From an uncultured Acidobacteriota bacterium (GTDB taxonomy: Bacteria; Acidobacteriota; UBA6911): a stretch of DNA of 64,000 nt. The translations under genes were made by a program, and so were the position numbers. The notes under the pieces are model-generated. The model was not told the DNA's origin, did not search any database, and saw only the letters and a list, made by a program, of their open reading frames with translations. The stretch spans positions 32,001 to 96,000 of the forward strand of contig CAWHCF010000031.1 in NCBI GenBank assembly GCA_963827655.1, in the 5' to 3' direction. Of the stretch, positions 41,447 to 50,576 are shown piece by piece. The stretch's first letter is position 1; every line of letters starts with the position of its first letter.

Positions 41447-41587
41447 TCCAGCTCCCTCACCGGAGGAGTACCGGCCCTTGAATCCAGGTGCGTTGGTCGA
41501 AAGACATCCCAGAGCCGGATCAAGGAGCCAGGGGCTCACCGAGGAGAGGCACGTCTACACGTCTCAGCATGTCGCGGGAGTGGTCGA

Positions 41588-42868
41588 GTGAACAAGCGTT
41601 CAAAAGCATTGTTTGTCAGGGCCCAGCGGGTTATTCCTGGAGGGGTCAATAGCCCCGTGAGAGCCTTCCGTAGCGTGGGTGGGGAGCCTCGGTTTATCCG
41701 GTCCGGAAAAGGCAGCCGCCTGGTCGATGAAGACGGCGTGACGTATATCGACTACGTGTGTTCCTGGGGTCCGCTGATCCTCGGGCATGCTCCTGCAGCT
41801 GTCCAGGCGGCGCTGAGGCGGCAGCTCCCCAAAGGCACCAGCTTTGGGGCCTCTACGGAAAACGAGGTTCTCCTGGCCGAGATAATCCGGCGGGCCTTTC
41901 CGTCAGTAGAGAAGGTTCGTTTGGTCAATTCAGGCACCGAAGCGACGATGAGCGCGATCCGGCTCGCGCGCGCCTTTACCGGGCGCTTCAAAATCCTAAA
42001 GTTCGATGGATGTTATCATGGTCATTCCGACGGCCTTCTGGTGAAGGCGGGCTCGGGCGTTGCGACTCTTGGGCTACCGGAGAGCCCCGGCGTGCCGCCG
42101 GAGAGCGCGGCTCTAACACTTTCGATCCCATTCAATAATCTCGAACTTGTAAACCGGGCTCTGAATCTGCATCGCGCGGAGATTGCCGCGGTTATCGTGG
42201 AGCCCGTTGTCGGTAACATGGGTGTTGTCCCGCCCGAAAGGGGTTTTCTGCATGGCTTGAGAAAGCTGACCCGCGAGCACGGAACACTCTTGATCTTTGA
42301 CGAGGTCATTACCGGGTTTCGCGTGTCGTATGGCGGCGCTCAGCAGCTCTACCGCGTGCAGCCCGACTTAACCTGCCTGGGGAAGATCATTGGCGGCGGG
42401 CTCCCGGTGGGGGCCTATGGCGGAAGCAACGAGATCATGAAGCTTGTTGCGCCGGAAGGTCCCGTGTATCAGGCAGGAACGCTGGCTGGGAATTCTATGG
42501 CGACGGCTGCAGGCATCGCCACATTGACCGCGCTGAAGAGCCGTGCGGTCTATGTAAAGCTGGAGCGTCTGACCGAACATCTGGTACAAGGGTTACTGGA
42601 GGTGGCGAAAGTCGCGGGCGTTGCGGTCCGGATTAATCGGGTCGGGTCTATGTTTACCGTGTTCTTTACGTCGGCACCTGTGACCGACTATCAAACTGCC
42701 CGGGCAAGCGACACCGATCGTTACGGCAGATTCTTTCAAGCGATGCTCGAGCGCGGAGTTTACTTTCCGCCTTCACAGTTTGAAGCCTGCTTCGTGTCGC
42801 TGGTCCATACCTTCAAAGACATTGATGAAACTATCAAAGCAGCGCGAGAAGCACTCAAGAACTGGTGA
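41588..42868 (+). CDS. hemL: Glutamate-1-semialdehyde 2,1-aminomutase
   Basis: [45 protein letters not shown]. Confidence 0.96.
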   Translation: MNKRSKALFVRAQRVIPGGVNSPVRAFRSVGGEPRFIRSGKGSRLVDEDGVTYIDYVCSWGPLILGHAPAAVQAALRRQLPKGTSFGASTENEVLLAEIIRRAFPSVEKVRLVNSGTEATMSAIRLARAFTGRFKILKFDGCYHGHSDGLLVKAGSGVATLGLPESPGVPPESAALTLSIPFNNLELVNRALNLHRAEIAAVIVEPVVGNMGVVPPERGFLHGLRKLTREHGTLLIFDEVITGFRVSYGGAQQLYRVQPDLTCLGKIIGGGLPVGAYGGSNEIMKLVAPEGPVYQAGTLAGNSMATAAGIATLTALKSRAVYVKLERLTEHLVQGLLEVAKVAGVAVRINRVGSMFTVFFTSAPVTDYQTARASDTDRYGRFFQAMLERGVYFPPSQFEACFVSLVHTFKDIDETIKAAREALKNW

Positions 42869-42957
42869 ACGACCGGCTTTCGTGCTTCGTTCGGGAGGCA
42901 GGCGGACCGGCTAGCGGATGAAAGAAGTGAAAGGCAAGTCTCTCACCCGGTTTCACC

Positions 42958-43470
42958 TTATGCGGAGGCCTTGACGGAACGTTCATAGGCATGGCTCAGC
43001 GCCCGGTCGATCTGTTCCTCCACAAGTTTCTCGCTCAGGCCCCGCACCGTAGCCACTTCGCTGATGATGAGCTGCTTGGCTCGATCGAGCATCCGCTTTT
43101 CACGGAAAGAGAGGCTCTTCTTGAAGCTCAGATAAACCAGGTTCCTTAGAACCTCGGCTACCTGGAAGATTGACCCGGTACGCATTTTCTCAGAGTGATC
43201 TTTGTACCGGCCTTTCCAATCGGATTCCGGTTCGAAGAAGTCTTCGTCCAGGAGCTTAAACAAACCTTCGACGTCGGCTTTCTTGATAATCCTTCGCAAC
43301 CCCACGCTTTTTACGTTTGTAATCGGAACCATCACCAGAGAAGCATTGGAATGAATCCTCAACATATAGAATTCTTCAGCCACACCATTAACCGGGCGAC
43401 GGGTTACCTCTTCGATGATACCGACACCATGGTTGGGGTAGACGACCTTCTCTCCAACACGAAATTCCAT
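42958..43470 (-). CDS. carD: CarD/CdnL family transcription factor
   Basis: F.VGEKVVYPNHGVG.I, VGLR, WKGRY, AEVLRNL; SD GGAGG; TTGACC-17-TATAAT promoter at 43492-43520. Confidence 0.9.
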   Translation of the reverse strand: MEFRVGEKVVYPNHGVGIIEEVTRRPVNGVAEEFYMLRIHSNASLVMVPITNVKSVGLRRIIKKADVEGLFKLLDEDFFEPESDWKGRYKDHSEKMRTGSIFQVAEVLRNLVYLSFKKSLSFREKRMLDRAKQLIISEVATVRGLSEKLVEEQIDRALSHAYERSVKASA

Positions 43471-43769
43471 AAACCCTCCAGGAATGAAGGAATTATACTT
43501 GAGAAAACCGCGCGGGTCAAAGTTTATGCGGTGTCGCTTCCCGCATCCTGGTGTCCGGAGGTGCGATCGGGGCGCCAAGGCACGAAGACCTGCCATGGGA
43601 TAATCAAGCCCAAAACAAGAAGCCCAGTCGACCCAAAACCACGAACACATCCAGCATGACCGAAGCCGGCTCTCTTACGTTTTTGGTGAGACGATCTCAG
43701 CCTAGCGGCACCGATTGCGGGCGTCACCAGGCAGCTCGAAACCGACCGGGGGCGATGGAGCCCGGCCGA

Positions 43770-43799
43770 TTGACTGTTGCGCCGCGCTTCAGCTACCAT
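43770..43799 (+). promoter_or_regulatory. sigma70 promoter for tRNA-Leu
   Basis: TTGACT-18 bp-TACCAT followed by a GC-rich discriminator-like segment. Confidence 0.5.
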
Positions 43800-43861
43800 T
43801 GCCGCCTGAATTCGACGGACGCCGCCCACCGCTTGTTCTAGTCGAGGACAAAGCCTTTGAT

Positions 43862-43946
43862 GCCGAAGTGGCGGAACTGGCAGACGCACGGGACTCAAAA
43901 TCCCGCGGTACTTGGTACCATGGGGGTTCGACCCCCCCCTTCGGCA
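43862..43946 (+). tRNA. tRNA-Leu (anticodon CAA), CCA end not encoded
   Basis: GCCGAAG/CTTCGGC acceptor stem, D-loop with GG, CGGGA-CTCAAAA-TCCCG anticodon arm, long variable arm, GGTTCGA T-loop. Confidence 0.95.
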
Positions 43947-44255
43947 CACTCTGACCCATTAGACTTACGACTTTCTTCAGAATTTCCGTTCTCCGGCGTA
44001 ATTACCAGTTTCATTACCGATTTCTCAAGTTTCGCTACGGCGGAACGCAGATTTTTCGGGGCCAAGTAGGCATAGTGCCGCTCGGTAATCTGGACCGTTG
44101 AGTGTCCGAGAAGCTCTTTTACTTCCTGGAGTGACGCCCCTCCCTGAACAAGCCAGCTCGCAAAAGTTTTTCGAAGCGTATGGATCGTCACGTCGTGAAG
44201 GCTGGCCCTCTTCCGAGTGGCGGCTTCGATCAGCCTCGAAAACGAGGCCTGCACG
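43895..44255 (-). pseudogene. C-terminal remnant of a tyrosine recombinase (phage-type integrase) reading into the tRNA 3' half
   Basis: HTLRKTFASWLVQGG, LLGHS, TERHY catalytic box; N-terminus missing. Confidence 0.85.
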
Positions 44256-44267
44256 ATTGGCCGATCA

Positions 44268-44516
44268 TCTAGGGTGATGATGCTGGTGCTGAAGGAAGCC
44301 CTTACGCTGTTTGGAATCGCAGTCGTGATTGGAATCCCCACGGCGCTGGGATTTACCCGCCTGTTACGCGGTCTTGTCTACGATGTCCCGGTTACCGACA
44401 CGGCAACGTTGGTCCTCGCCACGGTGGCGCTCGGGATCACCGCGTGCGTCGCGGCACTGATTCCTGCACGCCGTGCTGCCGGTATCGATCCTGCGTCTGC
44501 GGTCAGGCTCGACTAA
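44268..44516 (+). pseudogene. C-terminal fragment of an ADOP-type FtsX permease
   Basis: LVLKEAL.L..I...IG, L.GLVYDV..TD, ALIPARRAA.IDP. Confidence 0.75.
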
Positions 44517-44731
44517 CTCCGTTAGCGGTGACCCAGATTTTCACCAGTTCGAACCAATTGACAGGCTGGCTGCGTCAGTTGGATGCCCTCAGGCGCGCCG
44601 CGTAGTTCGAATCCAGGTTTTCCAGCCACGAAATTTGGCCCGTGTTTTCAACGACTTACGGCGCGGTGATTTCACCATCGAACCGCGCCGCGCTCTCACG
44701 ACAAATCTCGCGGCACGTTTTGAAACCGAGG

Positions 44732-44930
44732 TCAGCGTAAGAAGACCGACTCTCCGAATCCAATCGTACGGAAACAAGCTGTGCTGACACCAAGCGCCTC
44801 GCGGGCTCGGTTCAACGCGTGCAATGGTTCATCGATGCCTTCCGTTGTCATTTGAAACGTCCCGAAGTGCATCCCTATGGTTGCCGTCGCCTGAAGATCG
44901 AGGTGCGCTTGGACCGCCTTGTTCCGGATG
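44732..44930 (-). pseudogene. C-terminal fragment of an MBL-fold hydrolase (NAPE-PLD/RomA-like)
   Basis: AVQAHLDL...IGMHFGTFQMTTEGIDEP...GE. Confidence 0.7.
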
Positions 44931-45402
44931 GCGGTTCGGCGGAAGTCGCGGGATGCTGCCCGGGTCCCGGACGCCGCCCATGCGGCGGCGTCCCGGCACC
45001 GAGCGCCGTGCGGATGGCGACTCGCTTCCTTCTTCCGCCAACTGGTCCGCGCCCGACGCGCGTGTGCATTGCCGGCAATCCACAGATCGGCGGATAGGCC
45101 GAACAAGAGCCGTTTTCCTCGCGGCTTTCTTGAGTAAGCTGCTTTCATTGTTCTCTGCCACAATCGATTCCTTCTTCGTGGGGCAGTGCCCCACTGCTCA
45201 CCGTCTGGTACCGTGCGACGGACTTCCCGTTCAATACTACCGTCGCCCGGACCGTCGTCCGTTTTACTGCTGTCGCTCCTGGGTCAGGACCCCTTGAGCA
45301 TTCTGTCAAACTGTCATTGGTTGTCGTGCACTTCAACCGGTGCTTCCGCCATGGACTGTTGGCGTCTCGATCGTAACTTACGGACAGTGTATGATTTAAG
45401 AC

Positions 45403-46195
45403 GGAAGTGTTGCAAAAGCAACTACAAGGTCGTAGGGTGCGTTATGAAAACAACGAGGCCGCCGCTGTTTCGTGGACGTCACTTCGAACCCGAAATCATC
45501 GTCACTGGTACCTACGATTCTCGCTCAGTCTGCGCGACGTAGAGGAACTGATGGCAGAGCGGGGACTCATCGTAGACCACACGACCATCTGGCGTTGGTG
45601 CCAGCTGTATGGACCGGCAGTCTACTTGCGGCTGAAGGGTCCGGTGAGATACAAACGGACGACCTGGCACGTCGACGAGACGTATGTTCGGATCGCCGGC
45701 CGCTGGATGTATCTCTTCCGTGCTGTAGACAGCCGCGGCGAGACTGTTGATTTCTACCTGTCGGAGACGCGGGATCGTGAAGCAGCCAAGGCCTTTCTCG
45801 TCCAATCCTGACAACCAGCCGCCGCGGGTTTTCTGTATGGACGGAAATCGGAGCTACCCGGCAGCCATTCGTGATCTGCAAGCTGAAGACAAACTACATT
45901 GGCATTGTTGGTATCGGACACGCCGCTATGCAAATAATCGGATCGAGTCGGATCACCGGCAGGTAAAGCGGCGGCTGCGCGCGATGCACGGGCCGCGCAC
46001 GTTCCAGACAGCATGCCGAGTGATTCAGGGCGTCGAGGCTGTACAGATGATCCGAAAGGGACAGGTCCTGGGGATCACGCGAACAAATCTCAGCGTTCGG
46101 GCAATGGTCTTCGGATTTCTCTTAGGCATCGAGTAGTCGCTGACGACCAGTCGTTTGCGCCACCCTGATCATAACCCCGAGTTTGCAACACTTCC
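45403..46195 (+). mobile_element. IS6-family insertion sequence, 793 bp, transposase inactivated
   Basis: Perfect 14-bp TIRs GGAAGTGTTGCAAA / TTTGCAACACTTCC; FRGRHF.PEII, WY.RF.LSLRDVEE, VDETY, NNRIESDHR split over three frames. Confidence 0.9.
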
Positions 46196-46341
46196 GGTGG
46201 GCGCTCTGTGCCGCGCATTTTCTCTCCTCAAATGGGATCGGGGAGTTGAGGAGCGCGGTTCCGCTGATTCCACTGAGCAGGCTTCCCTGCTAATATTCCA
46301 TACGGAAGTGCTTGGACACCAATCTATTGTGGAGCCTAACC

Positions 46342-46830
46342 ATGGACGCGATTCTCCCTGAACCCACCCAATACTTCGTGCGCGACATCATGACACGCGA
46401 CATAGTCAAGGTGATGCCAGACACCAGCGTAAGCGAGATCGCCCTCCTCATGTCTCAACACCGGATCAGCGGCGTGCCTGTCGTCGACGAGCAGGACCGC
46501 GTGCTCGGCGTCGTTACGGAGTTGGACATGATCGTCCGAAACACGCGCTTCAAGCTGCCCGCCTTCTTCACCCTGTTGAACGCCACGATCTATCTCGAAA
46601 CTCCGGCCCACCTCAAGGAGCGGTTGCATCACATGCTTGGCCTCACAGCCCGCGAAATCATGTCAGAGAAGGTAATGACCGTCACGACGGACGCCAGCAT
46701 CGAGGATTTGGCCGAATTGATGGTGGGACAACGGGGTAACCCGATCCCAGTCGTGGAAAACGGCCGGCTGGCGGGAATTGTCAGCCGCTCCGACATCGTG
46801 CGCTGGATGGCCAAAGGCGTCGCTGAATAG
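46342..46830 (+). CDS. CBS domain pair protein
   Basis: VRDIMT, ISGVPVVD, GVVTE.D, AREIM, GIVSRSD. Confidence 0.88.
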   Translation: MDAILPEPTQYFVRDIMTRDIVKVMPDTSVSEIALLMSQHRISGVPVVDEQDRVLGVVTELDMIVRNTRFKLPAFFTLLNATIYLETPAHLKERLHHMLGLTAREIMSEKVMTVTTDASIEDLAELMVGQRGNPIPVVENGRLAGIVSRSDIVRWMAKGVAE

Positions 46831-46984
46831 GCCACAAAAACTGATCTGCCGAGAGACCATGGACGATTGGCCTTACCCCCATTCTTATCGGGGCGGTGTT
46901 GTTTGTATTCGCGCTGCTCAACAAGCCATCCCCGTCGTTGAAGGGCGACTCGAGCGACTCCAACTGAACGGGCGGAACGATGGA

Positions 46985-47377
46985 TCATTTCCGTAAGTCT
47001 GACCGTGACGCGAGCATGTCTTCCAGGGCTGCCAGTCGCAGCTGAATCTCCGCGAGACTCGCCGTCCGCAACCGCAGGAAGATACCGACCGTGCTCAGCG
47101 TGGCGATGAGGACGCTGAGCATGCCGAGCACAACCACCAGGGGGATGGCAGATCCGACGACCGTTGCCCACGGCAACACACCCGCAGCGTAGGCTCTCGC
47201 CATCTCGGCCACCTGCATGCCGACAAGAACGGCGAAGAGCGCAACGATGCCGAACGTGATGGACCAGGCCGCTATGCTCAGCCTGCGAAGGAAGCGGTCG
47301 CGCCGCTTTTCATCGTCGACGCGCGCCCAGGCTTTTTCGGCGGAGGGTGAAGCTGATGTCGTCATAGGTGACCTCAT
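46985..47377 (-). CDS. Two-TM membrane protein coupled to the ECF sigma (putative anti-sigma)
   Basis: ATGA overlap with the sigma stop; two hydrophobic segments. Confidence 0.6.
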   Translation of the reverse strand: MRSPMTTSASPSAEKAWARVDDEKRRDRFLRRLSIAAWSITFGIVALFAVLVGMQVAEMARAYAAGVLPWATVVGSAIPLVVVLGMLSVLIATLSTVGIFLRLRTASLAEIQLRLAALEDMLASRSDLRK

Positions 47378-47928
47378 GTCAGAAGTTCTTGCAATCGTCG
47401 CTTCGCATGGTGCAACCGGGTTCGAACCGTCCCGATCGGACAGCCGAGGACGAGCGCGATTTCGGCGTAACTGAGCTCGTCTTGATACCGGAGCAACAGG
47501 ACCTCGCGGTGCGGCGGTGAGATCTTTGCCAACGCCGCGTTCAACACCGTCTCGTCGAGCGCCGTGAAGCTCGTCCCCTCATCGGGCTCGTTCGCTTCCA
47601 CGGAGACGACCGATGCTTCTTCGATCAACTCCCGCTCGCGCTTCCGGCTCCGCAGGAAGTCGATGGCGCGATGTCGTGTGGTGCGGAAGAGCCAGGTGCG
47701 GAAAGCGCCTGGGTTGCCAAGCGTCCTGATGCCGCGATACACCGCAAGCCACACTTCCTGCTGAACGTCCTCTGCGGCGTCGCCGAGCAGGGTCCTGAGG
47801 TGCGCCAGGGTGCGGCGGCCAAACCTCTCGAAAAGCCGGGCAAATGCCTGTTCGTCCCCCGCCTGGCACCGCAGCACCAGGAGGTGCAGCCGGACGTTTT
47901 CTAGCTCCGCCGAACTCTGGTCGGTCAT
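47374..47928 (-). CDS. ECF (sigma-70 group 4) RNA polymerase sigma factor
   Basis: GDEQAF, AEDVQQEVW, FRTWLF, HREVLLLRY..ELSYAEIA..LG.PIGTVRTRL. Confidence 0.92.
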   Translation of the reverse strand: MTDQSSAELENVRLHLLVLRCQAGDEQAFARLFERFGRRTLAHLRTLLGDAAEDVQQEVWLAVYRGIRTLGNPGAFRTWLFRTTRHRAIDFLRSRKRERELIEEASVVSVEANEPDEGTSFTALDETVLNAALAKISPPHREVLLLRYQDELSYAEIALVLGCPIGTVRTRLHHAKRRLQELLT

Positions 47929-48124
47929 GGCCGCTCACGCGCGCCTCCGAAGTTGTCGCCCTAGTGACGCTCGGGATGCAGAAAAGTTCAGAGGGTGGCT
48001 CTCTCAGCCGACGAGGACCGAGCGCTCAGGGCCGCGATTTCGTTTCGGTAGGGAATGAGGCGGGACTTGTACGGCTTGCCAGCCATCGTAACTTACAGCC
48101 CTTACGGAAGATGAATCGTTCTGG

Positions 48125-48218
48125 AGTGGAAATGTGTTTCCGCTTTATTTCCACTTGTCAGGGAAAAACCTTCAGAAGTGGAAATAAAGTGGAAAGATCT
48201 TTCCACTCTATTTCCGCT
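48125..48218. repeat. Cluster of seven AG(T/C)GGAAA boxes in both orientations
   Basis: Copies at 48125, 48137, 48148, 48177, 48188, 48200, 48211; 19/20-bp inverted repeat 48137-48156/48176-48195. Confidence 0.7.
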
Positions 48219-48649
48219 CCACTTCCATCACGATATTTATGGCTACCCGGCATGGCCTATGCATCTGAGCACCCATCCTGGAATGGCACCAGGAGCCTGG
48301 CATCGGCTGCGCTCAAAACGATGCTTGTCGTCAATCACTTGTCACCCACAGTCCGCTACCTTGGCCCTCCTGAGGTGGCGCAACCCGGATGGCTCCTAGC
48401 TTGCCAATGTCGACATCCTCAAAAATCGGGTCGAGGCATTGGCCTGTCACCTCGATCGTGCAGAAGGTATAGCTGAGACGCACCAGCCGACCCTGTTCCA
48501 AGAGCTCGGCCTGGGCCAACCAGCGATCGTACGCTAATCAAGCATGTATGCGCTGATAGGCCTAACGGACGGTTAGCCGACTACACGTCCATTGAGTCGG
48601 ATCTGTAAACGATGCGGCGTTAATCGCGGGTAGACTGTCAGCAATCCGT

Positions 48650-49695
48650 TCATTCATAGCGCAGGGCCGTGATCGGATCCACGCGCGTTGCGCGCAGTGC
48701 CGGAAGCAAGGCGGACAGTAAGCAAGCGAGGAGCAGACACCCCAGCGGAGCGCCAACACTCCAGACATTGGACGGCTTCACGTCATACAGAAGAGCAGTA
48801 ATGAACCGTGCAACGGCGATTCCTCCGGCGAAGCCCACAGCCAAACCGAGAGCCGTTACCAAGCAAACCTCCGATACCACCAAACGCACGACTCCCAGCG
48901 GTTGTGCTCCGAGGGCCAGGCGGATCCCGATCTCTCGGGTCCGCTGGACGACACCATAGCTGAGGACGCCATAGAGTCCCACGGCGACCAGAACGATCGC
49001 AACAATCGAGAAGAATGCTGAGAGCAGCGCCAGCACCCGTTCCCGCACTAGCGTATTGTCAACAAGCGTGGACTGAAGGGTGATGCCCGTCATGCGAAAG
49101 GCCGGATGTACGCGGGGCAGCTCGTTCCGCATCAGCGCGGCTAAAGCCGCCGGTTCGAGATGTGCCCGCACTTGGACCGAGGCCCAGCCCGCCGGCCGCA
49201 GGGACTCGTAAACAGTCGGCGGCGTTGCGTCTCGAACGCTGGCGTACTTCGCGTCTCCGGCGATGCCGACGATGTCTTGTGCGATCAGCGTGTTTCCTCT
49301 TCCAACCTTAAAGAAGCGCTTGCCTAACGGAGACTCGCCGGGAAAGTAGCGCCGAGCAAAGCTTTCATTGACAATCACTGCGGAGGGCGATTCGGGCTGC
49401 CCGTTACGCAATACGAAATCCCGCCCATCGAGCAGGCGGATACGCATAGTCTCCAGAAAACGCGGGGAGACTGCTATCAGCCCGAGGGCCCACAGTGGGC
49501 GTTCGAAGTTCTGGCGGAGCCCGGAGGGACCGTTCGCTGCCGATCGAAGATACACGGGCGTATTAATAAGACGCTCGATATGGTCGCGCGGCGCGTCGGC
49601 TCGAGCCGCGGCGGCTCGCTCGCGACGGAAGTTCGTGAATACTGTCTGAAGGATGGCTCGCGCCTGGTCCGGAGTCACGGCAGGTTTCAGTCGGC
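48650..49695 (-). pseudogene. ADOP-type duplicated MacB/FtsX permease, 5'-truncated with in-frame internal deletion
   Basis: GRLKP.VT..QA, then direct jump to VSPRFLETM.I.L..GRDF, GLYGVLSY.V.QRTREIGIR.ALGA, RVDPITALRYE. Confidence 0.8.
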
Positions 49696-49699
49696 CCTG

Positions 49700-50043
49700 G
49701 GAACCATGATGGGCGGGGTTACGGCGGCCCATCCCACCGTTACCGGAATCACGTTCGACCCCGGTACAGTCAGGGCCGGGGGAACTTCAGTGTGCGCTTC
49801 TCGGGAAGCAATCTCACGGATAAGACCTACTTCGATGTGCGCTTCCGACGGCCAGGCAGCACGTTCGACGAAGTTGCTCTGGATTGGCAACAGGGAACAC
49901 TCGCGGTCCACACTGCGCCGGGAAGCTCGGATCTCGGAGGCTGGATCGTTACGGGTTTGCGCCCGCATCAGGATGCGTCCGACCACGGTGGCCCATTCAT
50001 TCCAGTCTCGGCGACCCTTACGGTCACGGTCTGGCCCTTTTGA
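49700..50043 (+). pseudogene. Fragment of a beta-rich C-terminal domain of a secreted protein
   Basis: PTVTGITFDP.TVRAGG / RFSGSNLTDKTYFDVRFR.PGS...WQ...PF.PVSATLTV across a frameshift; no start. Confidence 0.4.
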
Positions 50044-50119
50044 CACTCGCCACGACCTTTGCGATCTCGCAGACCAGCGTGAGACGCGACGGGCCGCTCG
50101 GCTCCTTATCGTAGCGGCG

Positions 50120-50440
50120 GAAGCGACTCCGGGGTTCCAGTCGGTGATGAATGGCAGGCGCGTGATGTGGCGGTCGGCGACGGCAAAGACGAGCGTGACC
50201 CACCCGAACACCATCATGCCGGGCCCAACCGGAAGCGTAACAAGTGAGGCAATCACGTCGCTGGCGTGCGTGCCGGTCGCAACGAGCACGGCCGACGCGA
50301 TGACGTGGATCACCAGCATGCCGAGGAGCGCCATCTTGAGCACGAACCAGTAGAACGGGAAGATCGCGGGGCCGATCACGTGCCGGCTGGGCCGGGTAAC
50401 GCGCCGCGAGCATCATCGGGTGGCCGAACTGCTTCAGAAT
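50120..50440 (-). pseudogene. Fragment of a membrane protein
   Basis: LKQFGHPMMLAARY / IGPAIFPFYWFVLK...FGWVTLVFA...WNP across a frameshift. Confidence 0.5.
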
Positions 50441-50509
50441 CGCGCTGCGCAGACCACCAATAACCAGCCTATGGTTTTAAGCCGAATTGAAGGTGATCTC
50501 ATTAATTAG

Positions 50510-50566
50510 CCACGGATTTCTCGGATTTCACAGAAACTAATCCGTGGAATCTGTGAAATCCGTGGT
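50510..50566. repeat. Inverted 9-mer array/hairpin downstream of the TBDR
   Basis: CCACGGATTTC-TCGGATTTC-ACAGA ... ATCCGTGGAATCTGTGAAATCCGTGG. Confidence 0.65.
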
Positions 50567-50576
50567 TGGTTTTGAA

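Noticed and set aside
43751-43800. GGCGATGGAGCCCGGCC resembling the fluoride (crcB) riboswitch 5' end
   Set aside because: The downstream pseudoknot partner (GCU.AUGAC.CC) is missing; the region is explained as the tRNA promoter
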